Source: Chrysomallon squamiferum
Lineage: Eukaryota > Animalia > Mollusca
DNA length: 64,000 nt
Assembly: GCA_012295275.1 (NCBI GenBank)
Contig: CM022677.1
Span: 14,694,001-14,758,000, forward strand
Direction of reading: 5' to 3'
Within the stretch, counting starts at the first letter, position 1, and the number at the start of each line of letters is the position of its first letter. Of the stretch, positions 1-12,781 are shown piece by piece. The translations under genes were made by a program, and so were the position numbers. The notes under the pieces were generated by a model. It was not told the DNA's origin. It was given only the letters and a program-made list of their open reading frames with translations, and did not search any database.

Positions 1-126
1 CATTTGAGATATTTTTTTCTGAAATGTTAAATGTAAAGAACCACATTCAGACGGGATCATAAACTTAGTAAGCTTCAGCTGATTTATTATTATTACAAAC
101 TAAGATTGTTTGTACGAGAACCTACT

Positions 127-343
127 TGTCTTGGCCTCCTAACACGTTTGTTTTGTGATGAATGTCATTCCAAGTTATGACGCCATCACATCCAGTTGTC
201 ACTGATCTTCCAGTAGTAAATGTCAGTCTTCGTTCCCAAGCAACACGTAACATGGCAAGTACTTTGTAACCATTTGGTGTGTCTGGTAAATATGCAGGAT
301 ATGTAATATCATCATACCTCTCTCCTTCATTAGGATGTTCTTT
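127..343 (-). CDS. Deltex C-terminal (DTC) domain exon
   Basis: After a CAG acceptor (346-344) it reads KEHPNEGERYDDITYPAYLPDTPNGYKVLAMLRVAWERRLTFTTGRSVTTGCDGVITWNDIHHKTKR. This matches the Deltex HPNPG..AYLPD..KVL..AW.RRL.FT.G.S.TTG...WN.IHHKT signature. Not in the supplied ORF frame. Confidence 0.92.
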
Positions 344-1126
344 CTGAAAAACGGTTTATATAAAACAGTTGTAGAAACAAACTGTAGAAAAACATGAAGA
401 TCTGCAATAAATTTTATATTGTTATTAGTATTTAAATATATAAAATAAAGCATTACAACAGTGCTGATTAAATGTAAATTTAGAACAGAGAGAGATTTAA
501 AATGAGGCAACTCTGCCAGAGAGGCTTCCAAACATAGCAAATAAAACAATAATTATAAAATTATTATTTTTTATTAAAAACCATATGTGCTAATATAAAT
601 AATATCTTATATTGCAGTATATGTATGTATATATATATATATAAAAGGCCAATAGAATGAAAATTTGATATTGATAAAACAAAGAAATAAAAAAAGAGTT
701 AAAAACAAAGAAATTTCAGTCTGTGTATTTAAGAAAGTTGGGTTACTTATAAAACTCAGTAATAATGGTTAGTTTTTGAGAAGAATGATGTTGTAAAATC
801 CACTATTTATGTTATCAAACACCAAATGGAACATTTAATTAAATTTTATAATGTCAGTAATGTGCCTACATTTTTAATTTTTTTTTTTTATATGCTTTAG
901 AAATACATTAATCTGTATCAGTTAAATCATTGATTTCATTTAATTGTTTATTCTACACTTGAAGAAAACATAATTGCATATCACATCCAGTATTTGAAAA
1001 CAAGAGTGCGCCTCTGTTTGTATCTGTATTTAGAAAGACATCTCACTGAAACAGCTGTAGAAACATTGCAGAGTACTTATAGTTTGCCTTCACGAGTAAG
1101 TGATATCCACATTCTTCATAAGCAGA

Positions 1127-1550
1127 CTCCAGGAAGTCCCCACTGATCATAAGCAACACGCATTGTTCCTCCTGTAGGCATGTTACCAGTGAGAACACCA
1201 CACAACATTGCACAGACAGGACAAACAGGTTTGTAGTTCATTTGTGTAGCAATACAACCTTTACAAAAACTGTGGCCACATTTCTCCAGTTTCAGAGGAT
1301 TTGACTTTTCATCCAGGCATATTGGACAAACATGATCTGAATGCTGGGATGGTTTATGTTGTGTTGTTTGATTCTTTGCCTGAAGCCAGCCATTTCCTCC
1401 ACCATTTTCAACCTGTATCTGCTTCAAGGAAAAGACATCTTTCACATTCTGGCAAAATACGTTTGAGAATATCTTCACATGATCTGCAGATAGGAAATGA
1501 TTTATCATCAAAGATAATATCAGTAAATTTTTCTGATTCTAAAGCACACT
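1127..1550 (-). CDS. RING finger (C3HC4) plus start of DTC domain, DTX3/DTX3L-like
   Basis: ORF 1116..1511: CPICLDEKSNPLKLEKCGHSFCKGCIATQMNYKPVCPVCAMLCGVLTGNMPTGGTM..LPG, the typical Deltex RING-GNQP..G.M junction. Exon limits approximate. Confidence 0.9.
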
Positions 1551-2209
1551 AATGTCAGATGACCAGTAAAATAATTACAATAAAAATTGCAATATTGAAA
1601 ATTAAAACATATGGATATTCTCAACATAATGATTAAATGATAAAATATACTGGTACATCAGTTCTTTTTTTTTACAAAATGTACTTGAACATCAACAACA
1701 ACAACACCAACAAAATAATAATAAATAAATAAATAAATAAAAAACAATGATTAAAAAAAAAAAAAAAATATTAAAAGACTTAAATTATGTGAAAATTATG
1801 TTAACAGTATCAGTGTTTTTTAATAGGTGTGAATAAAGGTATTTTTTTTTGTGTTAAAAATGCAAACACAACCTCTGCAAACTTCAACAATTAAAAATAT
1901 TAAGATACCTGATGTGAAAGCATGAAAACAGTAATCAGTAGCATAAGCTGTGAAAAATCTTCTTATTATGCAGCTGGAAATGTGTGTTTTCTTTTAGTTT
2001 CATTTACCCTCTGTGTGTAACTATGAACAGCTTTTTGATGATTTGCTCTTGCTAACAGGGATTTTTGCAGCAGACAACATTAAAAATATTTTCTTGGTGA
2101 CCAATGACGTGAATGCCACACTTACCTGCTGATGTTGCTGAGAGATTTTTCTCTCCTGCTGCAGTCACATGTTTGGCTGAGATAGTTTTACTTGCACAGA
2201 GATGTTATT

Positions 2210-2415
2210 CAATACATTTTTTTATCTCTTTCCAGAATTTTATCATCAAATTTTTTATTCCATTTTGTGATAAACTCATTGCTGATTGACTGCAGCATAT
2301 TGTCACTAATGTGAACAAAGTGAACTTCTTTCAGACTTCCTCCAGAAACTACTGAGTTAAACGACAGCTCTCACACACATCTCAGCACAAGATTCCTTTG
2401 GAACACCAAAGATTC
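2210..2415 (-). pseudogene. Macrodomain C-terminal exon with frameshift
   Basis: CAG acceptor, then (G)IFGVPKESCAEMCVRAVV*, continuing in another frame as NSVVSGGSLKEVHFVHISD. This completes the AIPAIS-G-IFG.P...SLKEV.FV macro motif. Confidence 0.8.
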
Positions 2416-2725
2416 CTGAAATAAAATACATTTATGTAATAAAATATCTACATTAGTAAGAACAAACATGTATTTGGATACTTCTAGGATTATTAGAATT
2501 TTCATATCCTATAAAACAAATTAAAAACAATTTTAAAAACAAATACTAACAAAAGTAATTTTCAGGCAGATTTACTAGGCAAGCTATACGCAAATGCACA
2601 GACAAGTGATCCAAGAAATATTTGATTCAATTAATGTGCTAGAATTTTATAAATAATGAAGAAAAAGATATCTGCGAAGTTGCTAACCTGTAAGTCAGAT
2701 AAAAATGTTATTTGTTCACATTATC

Positions 2726-2881
2726 TTATTTAAGTAAGTAAAATATTTGTAATAATTAAATACCTGAACTGATGGCTGGAATTGCTACAGATTTCACACT
2801 TTGTTATTTAAGTAAGTAAAATATTTGTAATAATTAAATACCTAAACTGATGGCTGGAATTGCTACAGATTTCAGACTTTG
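2726..2881 (-). repeat. 78-bp tandem duplication of the macro exon 3' end plus splice donor
   Basis: ttatttaagtaagtaaaatatttgtaataattaaatacct[g/a]aactgatggctggaattgctacagatttca occurs twice, 78 bp apart. Confidence 0.9.
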
Positions 2882-3230
2882 TTTGCTGGCCTCACACAGT
2901 ATTGTTTTACAGAGATCTTCCAAACATTCTGACTTGTCCTTGTAATCACAGTAAGCAGGACCTACAGCATGAAGTACACAGTGATAGGGAAGTTGTCCAG
3001 CTGTGGTGACAACAACACCAGTCACAGCAACTTTTCCTTGCTCTTTAACAAACTTGTTTCCTTCTTTAAGCAAGTCTTCTCCTGCTGCATCAGCTATTGC
3101 TCTTGCTACTCCAGCTCCATGTGATAAACGACCATTAGCAGCATTTACAATAGCCTCAACTGACAACTGAGTGATATTACCTTTGTACACCATCACGTCA
3201 ACATGTTTGCCTTTGACAAGTGGCTGAACA
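2842..3230 (-). CDS. Macrodomain (ADP-ribose binding, PARP9/PARP14/MacroD type)
   Basis: VMVYKGNITQLSVEAIVNAANGRLSHGAGVARAIADAAG..TTAGQLPYHCVLHAVGP..SLKSVAIPAISLG in ORF 2834..3487. Confidence 0.95.
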
Positions 3231-3571
3231 CTGGATGTTGTTGAAGATGATGATGACACATTCTGAATGGATGATGTTGCTGGATTCTTCTTTTCAGAGC
3301 TGACAATTTTAGAAGAAGTAAATTTTCGACCAGGTCGACATCTTTGTTTTATTAGTCCCTGTTTCACCTGAAGCTTCCTTTTCACTTCTTGCACTGTTTC
3401 TGTCTTCACTGAAAACTGAGACCAAGTTTTGATGTGGAATATAAGCACAGTAAACATCTTGTGTAGAATCTTGTAAACTGTTGACAACTGATTTGATCTC
3501 TTCTTGCTTCAGTGAGACAGTGTCTGTGTTGATGGTGCGATTACATTCTATGTGCTTGAAACTATTTTTAC

Positions 3572-3960
3572 CTTTGATAAGATTTTTGCGGACAACTTTC
3601 ACAGAATCATATTTGTTATCAGCAAGGTATTCCTCCATGCTCTGAAAGTCTATGGTGTACTTAAACCTGCCAGCTTGCAAACTGACTGTGGGAAAGTCAT
3701 TATAATGTGCTTTTTCTACAGTGCCATTCACATCGTTATCATACTTTATAAGAGTTTGTTATCAGTGAAGAACCACTGAGCCTGGTTTGAAAGTATCGCA
3801 GCTTTTTCACATTCACTTTCAGAAAGATGAGTTTCTCTCAGGATCCTGATTACACCTAAAACATCTTGGTGATATCCTTGAATGCACACTTGTCCAATCT
3901 CCTCCTGCAGTGTCATCTTCACTTGATAAATAGTTTCAACACTCAGGATTCTTTTCCACT
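3572..3960 (-). pseudogene. PARP14-like KH-to-WWE exon with frameshift
   Basis: ..VCIQGYHQDVLGVIRIL..AAILSNQAQWFFTDNKL, shifting frame to IKYDNDVNGTVEKAHY..FKYTIDFQSMEEY..VKVVRK. Fits the WWE pattern W.F......Y....N..(L)E.A......Y.IDF..M......V.R. Confidence 0.8.
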
Positions 3961-4389
3961 TAAATAAAACAAACAAAAATGTATAAAATATGATAATTTT
4001 TTCATAGATATCACACTGTTCTTTGTAGAAAATAATAAATCACTTCACTGAACAAGATTTATGGTGACATATTTTTCAGATCATAGGGTAGTAACTCTGA
4101 TGAATTCAATAGTGTTCAAGCTTGAAATAATTAAATTATGATGATCATACAAAAGATATTTGAAAAGTAATAAAACATTGAAGGACAAATTAGTAGGTGT
4201 TGATTTGTTCAAGTTAAGTGCAAATTTTTCTCTTATCATATTGTATTGCATTTATTATTATTATTTTAAAATTTACTTTAATTTTTTATTATTTTTCTTT
4301 ATGTATTTTTCTTGTTTGGATGTAAAACATATGAAGTTTAAAGCCAATCGAAACTGATTTTCAATGCAAATCGACATTTGAAAACAAGT

Positions 4390-4616
4390 ATTAAAGCATG
4401 GTGACGAATTCAGTATTTTCAGTGTTTTATCTTCTAATTCCATTTCTGTGGTCTCCTCTGCATAAAATTTGTCTATGAACTGAATGCACTGTTCAGCATG
4501 ATGAATTTCATCACAGAAGTAGCCAAGACAAATTTCAGAGATATTTTTGTAATCACCCAGTTGTCTGGTTACCTCAGAGACATCTTTGTTTTCATTGCAA
4601 CATTTACCAAACTGAG
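4390..4616 (-). CDS. Probable exon of the same locus (PARP14-like KH-type linker)
   Basis: TTTTAG acceptor, then an open frame QFGKCCNENKDVSEVTRQLGDYKNISEICLGYFCDEIHHAEQCIQFIDKFYAEETTEMELEDK. Its position before the WWE exon fits PARP14 architecture (inference). Confidence 0.45.
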
Positions 4617-5439
4617 CTAAAAATAAAAGATGAATAAAATTTCAACTAAAATGACATTAACATTTCAAAGATAAACATAAAAGTTGATTGAATATCTGGA
4701 TAGTTCAGATATAATAACAGTCCTTGAGCCGTATGTCTTAAGTGTACAAAATCAGCCAAAGGACATTTCAATTGCTAACTTTGTACCCTTTTTGGTAGTC
4801 ATCTTTAAAGAGGGTTTTCTGATTTGTATTCAGTTTAACAGATGTTGGTAAACTCTCTACAACGTTCGACCAAGAGACAGCTTGCATTATTTTGTTCTGT
4901 ATAAAATTCTGCACTGACTGACATATAGATATTGATATTTACTTTATAATGGATTTAGTAAAATTGTGCTGATAATGTTTGATATGTGAAATGTTCTTCT
5001 GTCAAAGTTTATTTGTTACAAATATTAATATTCATTTGTACCTGTTGCCATGGATGGATGGTTAAATATTCTGTTTCTACGGCTTGGTTTTTGATCACAT
5101 AACAAGTCTGCATCAATAAGTAATTCACTGTCACCTTGTACACAATGCTGAAATTAAAATTCATACATTAAATTTAATCAATTAAATAAAAAAGATAAGA
5201 CACATTGATACATACACACAGATGGAGAATCAAATTTCTTTATCACCATTTAAGAAAATTCATATTAGAAAAAACAAATATTTGTTTTATCAAACATAAA
5301 TGTCATGTTTCTGATAAAGATCTTTCTATTATGTAAACATAAATATAGAAATAGGATCACACAGACACACATATACACAAATTTCGGATTACTGAAGACA
5401 ATAGCTTCACTGCTGAACTTTTTTTTCCTTCTTTGTAGC

Positions 5440-5920
5440 TCAGATTATTGACAAACTCATCAGATGTGTATTGTATTTGTACCACTTGAGAGTTTGTACC
5501 AGCAGACCTTTCAAGTCTGACATTATCTCATTTATTTCAGTGTGACAAAACTGCTGAATGAAGTGCTGAATTCCCAAGTCAAACTTGAGAGTTTGACTGA
5601 ATAGAGCATTGTCTGAAACGAACTGATGTATTTTGTCAATTACAACCTCAGTTATATTGTCTGTGGAGGTAACAGTAATAGTCTCTTCATCATGTTTGTC
5701 TATCAACAATGGTCAGGTAATTTTTGTTTGCAGTCAAATCACAGCAAAGACAAAGCTAAGAAAACTTTTATGTTTCTGTTTCAAATATCCGACTCATCAC
5801 ACCTGTGCTTTTCACTGCCTTTAGTCTCCTGATTACACACATTTTATTGTTTCTAATTCAACACCTCTCTGGACTGGGCACCAAGCTTTAGCCAGGTTTG
5901 TGTATTGCAGAGGATCATTG
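5440..5920 (-). pseudogene. Probable N-terminal KH-like exon of the PARP14-like locus
   Basis: ORF 5440..5709 (ITVTSTDNITEVVIDKIHQFVSDNALFSQTLKFDLGIQHFIQQF) has coding-like composition and is co-oriented. Upstream part is disrupted. Confidence 0.45.
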
Positions 5921-6121
5921 TTAAATATAAGTAACACACCACACACACACACACATATATATACACATACATATACACAAATAATTATATATACACCCCT
6001 CCACACACACACATACATATTCTCACACATATCACAGTAAGTGTTTTCTTAAATACACGTACTTTAAAAATATAATAAATAAATAATAATAAAAATAAAT
6101 AAATAAATAATAAGAATAATG

Positions 6122-6153
<32 letters not shown>

Positions 6154-6237
6154 AATGTGGATAATTTTGAAAGTATTATCAAATTTTGTTTTCAGGAACA
6201 TCAGTATTCATTATAACTTTTTCAGATCGCAGATACT

Positions 6238-6632
6238 GGATTAATAGCAGTGCAGTCTCTCTTCTGATTGGCTTAGAGTCAACAATAGTCTATGATTCTG
6301 AAAATCCGATTGGCCAAGAATTATCGGTAGTCGGTGGTGGGGGTGAACAAAACAACACTAGTTAGCAGTTGCCCTTTCATCATTCCAGTTATAAATAACT
6401 TTTATTTTACACAAATAAATAAGTAATGTATTTATAGTTATTAATATTATACCGGATTAATAGCAGTGCAGACAGTTTAGATACCGATCACCTGATTGGC
6501 TCAGACTCTACAGTTATCTATGATACAGAAAATCCGAAAACAAAATAATAAAAAATTAAAATTAAAATTAAAAAAAGATAAAAAAAAGTAATTAGCAGGT
6601 GCCCCGTTCATATATCCACTAATAAATAACTT

Positions 6633-6640
<8 letters not shown>
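6238..6640. repeat. Diverged direct duplication (~215-240 bp) containing CCAAT-box motifs
   Basis: ggattaatagcagtgcag..ctgattggct..gaaaatccga..ttagcag.tgccc..ataaataacttttattt present twice (from ~6238 and ~6454). Confidence 0.7.
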
Positions 6641-6663
<23 letters not shown>

Positions 6664-6799
6664 TTGAGGATTATCATCATGATTATTATTATTACAGACA
6701 ACGGAATATTATTAACTTCTATTGTTTTAAATTGAGTGCTAGCGTGACCTCGAGTTGTAAATGTTTTTTTTTTTTTTGTTTTTTTTTTAAAGATGTAAA

Positions 6800-6844
6800 T
6801 AGATGGCGTTGACTCACGTGGTCAAGATGGCAGACATGGTAAGT
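6800..6844 (+). promoter_or_regulatory. Putative promoter/first exon: AP-1-like, E-box and YY1-like motifs, ATG GCA GAC ATG and a GTAAGT donor
   Basis: TGACTCA 6810-6816 overlaps CACGTG 6815-6820. CAAGATGGC contains the ATG at 6827. Consensus donor GTAAGT at 6839. Confidence 0.55.
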
Positions 6845-7153
6845 TTAAAAAATATATTTCTTCAATTTCAGTTTACTGTAATCGTTTCGCATTTGTCACT
6901 TGGATGCTGAATTTAGAAAATAGAACGAGTCAAACTTCTACTGCTTAAAGTTGTCTGCAGAGTATTTTATGTTAAACTTCGAAGTTTCCTTCTCTCTAAA
7001 CGCGTACTAAACATGGATATTTACAGATATTTGTAGGTAAAGTTTTTCACAATATATTCATTAGTTTTCTTTCAATGTTAAGTTATTGGTACAGGATGAA
7101 AGTGCCATGTCAGGACGTTATAAAAAGTTGAACAATAATTAATTTTCACTGCT

Positions 7154-7807
7154 ATGGACAATGATCCACATGACAACACAGACAATCAGCTCGATGAAAT
7201 CAGCTCACAGATAAAAAGTGGTAAAAAGAAAACAAAGTCGAGTTCTTGTACAGATTTTGTCACAAAGGTTGCCAAGATGGAGGTGACATCAATGAACTGC
7301 ATGGCAGATGTTAGAGATGCTGCTTTTGACAAATCTGTGAATTCTCATGTCACAGGAGTCACTGGAATGAAACTGGATAATGTTAGTACTTGCAAAGCTG
7401 AAGGTAAATCTCAGAGAACGGCTGCTCAAGTGACAGACGTCAGTGACATCCTCTCAGTTAGAAGAAAGCGCAAGAAGGGCAGACCCTCAGCTGAAAAGCA
7501 GAGGAAAAGACGACGTCAAAAAACTAAGTTGTCCGATTCATCGACCAAGTCTGCTGATGGTTGTGATATTGACAACAAAAATTCTCAGTCCTGCTGCAAA
7601 GCATCATCAAAGTGCCAAAACGAATGTTGTAAAAAACAGTTTGGAAGCAGCACCATAGATACCATCTTAGGATTAGATTTCACACCTAGCTACGTGTCTG
7701 ACTGTTTTAGTGAAGATGACAGCTATAAGTTGAGTGACACAGATACCATCTTAGGATTAGATTTCACACCTAGAGAAATCCGAGAAGTACACGAACAACA
7801 ACGTTAG
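7154..7807 (+). CDS. Unknown Ser/Lys/Asp-rich ORF with basic NLS-like stretches; probable (pseudo)exon downstream of the 6827 first exon
   Basis: 217-aa non-microsatellite ORF with RRKRKKGRP and RKRRRQK. Internal 33-bp duplication (DTILGLDFTP twice). The candidate acceptor at 7092-7094 is not in frame with the ORF. Confidence 0.4.
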   Translation: MDNDPHDNTDNQLDEISSQIKSGKKKTKSSSCTDFVTKVAKMEVTSMNCMADVRDAAFDKSVNSHVTGVTGMKLDNVSTCKAEGKSQRTAAQVTDVSDILSVRRKRKKGRPSAEKQRKRRRQKTKLSDSSTKSADGCDIDNKNSQSCCKASSKCQNECCKKQFGSSTIDTILGLDFTPSYVSDCFSEDDSYKLSDTDTILGLDFTPREIREVHEQQR

Positions 7808-7971
7808 GAGTCACATCTTTACGACGGCAGCTACGTAGACACAAGTACTAACAATATATTTTAATATAGGGTGAGATTAACAGAATAACATATTGTGAAA
7901 TAGCACGTGACACTACGGAGACAGAAATACAGAATGCACACACTAATAACATGTTGTTATTATTATTATTA

Positions 7972-8241
<270 letters not shown>

Positions 8242-8846
8242 TGGTAGATGTATTTATTTTCCCGTTTAACATAATCTTTACAGGGACCATTATCATCATT
8301 TATTACTATTATTAAAATGCTCTTATAATTCAATACAAAAAAGGTTTGATGATTATTAATAATCTAAAGATAATTAATTACTATCTCTATACTACCACAA
8401 TGGAATCATCTTCAGTTTGAGAGTTCAAAGCTCAGTAAAGCCTTTCTCTTCCAGATGTCTCAGTGTGTTTACCTCAAAAAAGAAAATATTAGAATTGAGC
8501 AGTTTGAAACATCCTCTTCACGTGGATTGTTATGTAGATAGCTGTCAGTTCTCTTTCTCGTGTCACAAATGAACTCGACAAACAAGATGCTGCTGTGTAT
8601 CTATATGAGTGTGTGAATGTGTTTGTATAAACTGATCAAACAATAACAATGATAATAATAATAATAAATAATAATAAATATAATAATAATAATAAAAATA
8701 ACAACAAAATACATTTCCCAGATAACATATCTGTAATTTAAATTTAAAAATAAAATAAAATACTTTTGAAATTTTATTACTAAAAAAATAATCTCTTATT
8801 TCAACAAAAATGAGTTAATAATGGATTCTTTTTATACCTCAATATA

Positions 8847-9543
<697 letters not shown>

Positions 9544-10298
9544 TTAATTTTTTCTCATCCTCCAAGCCACAGTTCCGCCTATGTGCCCCTCGTATGTGAA
9601 AATTGTGAACTGGTCTCATTTTCAAACTAACTTGTACGTGCACAATAAAAAAGAGGACTAAACAAGATCTCTGACACCCGCATTGAAAACACGTGTTTAT
9701 AGATATCCAGTGAGGTATCCACTTTCATATATACTCACGATTTCAAAACATCAAATCTGGTGTTGTTATTTTTATTTTATTTTTTTGTTTTTGTTTATCT
9801 TAGCAATTTGTGTTCGGGCGGTTGTTTCTCTGATTTTATTTTTGTTATGTCTTTGTTTGGTGTGTTTGTGTGTGTGTGTTGTGTGTACATGTATTGTGTG
9901 TGTGTCATTATTTCATATAAATATATATGAAATAATGACAGAATAATTTTATAATATAAATATTTTATTGCAGTTTTGTTTGATTACACTGGAGAATGTA
10001 CAAGTATATTTTAAATATGACAACATTCTTTGAAATAAACTACAAAATAAAAAATAGATGAGAGAGAGAGAGAGAAAGAGAGAGAGACTAGGTGAAAATT
10101 CTAAAAGAAAATCAGATTTGTTTTATATATAAATATACAAATAAAAATATTCTGAAATTATATCACAAGCAACTAATTATAATATAAAAAATTCAAGTTA
10201 AAATAAACATCACTTACACATAATAGACAACGGTCTTGCTATATTTAGAAATAGGTAAAAAAACAAATAATAAAGAAGTAAACCATATGGATAGTCAT

Positions 10299-10377
10299 AG
10301 GTTAGGTTCAGGGTCAGGGTCAGGGTCAGAGTCAGGGCCAGGGTCAGGTTAGAGTTAGGGTTAAGGTTAGGGTTAGG
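10299..10377 (+). repeat. Degenerate telomere-like hexamer array (TTAGGG/TCAGGG variants)
   Basis: ggttaggttcagggtcagggtcagggtcagagtcagggccagggtcaggttagagttagggttaaggttagggttagg. Confidence 0.85.
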
Positions 10378-10527
10378 TGCACACCTTTTTCACACATAGA
10401 AATATTTTTCCCGGCACCCGGGCATAGTGCCACACGGGTTTTCAGTTTTTGAAACCGAATTTGTTCAAGTTTCGTTGAAAATGCGAGGGTTACCTTTTTC
10501 AAAGTGGACTAACTTTTTCTCTGCACG
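10376..10527 (-). repeat. Dispersed repeat copy, inverted relative to 48001-48352
   Basis: Its reverse complement matches tgaaaacccgtgtggcactatgcccggg..aaaggtgcgcacc (48001-48069) and cgtgcggagaaaaagttaatccactttcaaaaagg..aaacttgaa (48288-48351). Confidence 0.85.
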
Positions 10528-10537
10528 TCAGTAAAGA

Positions 10538-10700
10538 AATACATGACTATTATTTGAAAAGAAATACGTGACTTGCTTGAACATAAGTACGTGACTATTA
10601 TTTGTACATACGCATGTGACTATTATTTGTAAAGAAGTTCATGACTATTACTTGAAAATACTTGAAAAGAAGTATCTAATCAAGTACGTGACTATTACTT
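10538..10700. repeat. Short degenerate tandem repeat with core (c)gtgactatta
   Basis: About six spaced occurrences of a tgactattatttg-like core. Confidence 0.7.
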
Positions 10701-11696
10701 AATAATAATAATACATTTAGTAATCATTTGGCCAGTTGTATATAAATATACAAAATGTTTGTCATAATCTGAATAAAATAAAAAGAATCAATAATAACAA
10801 ACAACAATAAAATAATGTGGATTAATAAGAGTGGGATGAAAACAAATTTAAATCACTTATAAGAAATATTTATGTCTTTTAAAAGAAGAAGAAGAAGAAA
10901 ATACAAAACAAATGAAAGAATAATTGTGTGTAAATGAGCTGTATGAGCTAGAAGTCTTTATGAACTGTTACCTCTAAAACTTTGTCTTTCAGGTCTGTGT
11001 TGACGATGCCAGCGAGATGGCAGTGGCTGACTGTTGTGGATGATGTGACAATTAGATTTAGAACTTGCCTTCAGGCACAACTTCGGTCCTGTTCAGACAA
11101 AGAAACTTGACAACACTGACGAACTAAAAGTTGTGATTAATTTTGGATTAACAAATGAATAAAGTGTTTTATCGGTTTGTAAATGCTACTATACTATCCT
11201 AAGTGAAACTATTAAATTTTATTTTACAAATGTTTTTGTTGTTGTTTTTTTAAATATTTTAAAACGGTTACTTATGGTTACAATAGATAAACAAATAGCT
11301 GTTAATATATTTTATTGTGAGCTGGATGTGATGTACCATTAATGACAAGAACAAAAACAACCACAAATGAAAAAACTAAAAAATGATGATGATGATTATG
11401 GTAATAATAAATAATAGTAGAAATAAGAGTTATCTAACCTGAATATTCACCAGCTTTACTTCCATCCACTCTCAGAGTTCTTCTTCTTAACCAGTACAAA
11501 CCTGTATTAAATAATAATATTAAAATATATATATAACTAAATAAAAAACATTTATATCAACTATGAATTCATAACTGTTATGGACTACAAATAAGTATGA
11601 ACTTAGTAAAATAAAAAATAAGCGTTAAGCACATACTCCTAGGAGAGGTTTATGGTGTAATGGAGTTGGACTGCAGAATCATTGGATCACATGACT

Positions 11697-11931
11697 AATT
11701 GTATAATTTATATTGTTTATTATTAACCTGCTGTCACATAACACAAATTGTATAATTTATATTGTTTATTGTTGACCTGTTGTCACATAACACAAATTGT
11801 ATAATTTATATTGTTGTTAACCTTCTGTCACATAACACAAATTGTATAATTTATATTGTTTATTGTTAACCTCCTGTCACATAACACAAATTGTATAATT
11901 TATATTGTTTATTGTTAACCTGCTTAACACA
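11697..11931. repeat. 49-bp minisatellite, ~5 copies
   Basis: Unit aattgtataatttatattgtttattgttaacctgctgtcacataacaca. Confidence 0.92.
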
Positions 11932-12732
11932 AAAACAAAACATAATAATCTTCAAATTAAGTAGATTAAAGGAAGGATTAAATTATACAAAACAATATTT
12001 TATAAAAATAAACGAAAAATAAAAAAATGATATTAAGAAAAAATAAATAAAACAAGAAACAGAAAAATCAAAATAAAAAATGACAAAAAATATGTAGATG
12101 AAAACTGATACTTTTCAAGTTTAAATACAAACAATAATAATGATAATATTAAACACACACAATACATATTCTAAGAAACAGCAAGTTACCATTACAAGCA
12201 ATATAGACACAGCACATGTTGGTTTTACTGACAACAAAAAAAACAGAATGTTGCAAACAAATACTATAGATATTAATTAATACTTTATCTAATCATTAAA
12301 TTATTGTAAAAAGTAACCACTTACTAAGTTTAGTAACACATTTTACATGAAAATTAATCAAATGCTCTACATATTGTTTTGACTGTAATAACATATCAGT
12401 AAAGCTTAAACACATAAATCTAAGAAAAACAGGTTTCAATATTTCTGGTCTATTTAATTTATAAATGGCTTAATTTAGTTTACACAATAATGATTAGCAG
12501 GGATTGAAAAATAAGAAAATTTATAAACAAGTGAGCAAACTAATTTAATCAAAACATAACCTGCAAGTAACCATTTAAAATTAAATTTAACAGAAAAAAT
12601 CATTTGTGATATTACAGCCCTGTAAAAATAACTGATATTATAAATCTAGATGATGATACATGAAGTTTTTGTAGACGATAAATTAGTTAATCAATAAATA
12701 AATGATGTTATTGAAAAATATAATTAATAATG

Positions 12733-12781
<49 letters not shown>

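Larger units (their letters stand above)
127..5920 (-). pseudogene. Multi-exon PARP14-like / DTX3L-like locus (KH-like region, WWE, macrodomain, RING, Deltex C-terminal domain), frameshifted; probably continues off the left edge
   Basis: Co-oriented exons with recognisable WWE, macro, C3HC4 RING and DTC motifs. Frame breaks near 3748, 3405 and 2358. Outer boundaries approximate. Confidence 0.8.

Noticed and set aside
223-549. 108-aa ORF from the track
   Set aside because: Wrong frame; the real coding signal is the DTC exon 127-343 in another frame.
10299-10377. True telomere or chromosome end
   Set aside because: Short, degenerate and internal, with ordinary sequence on both sides.
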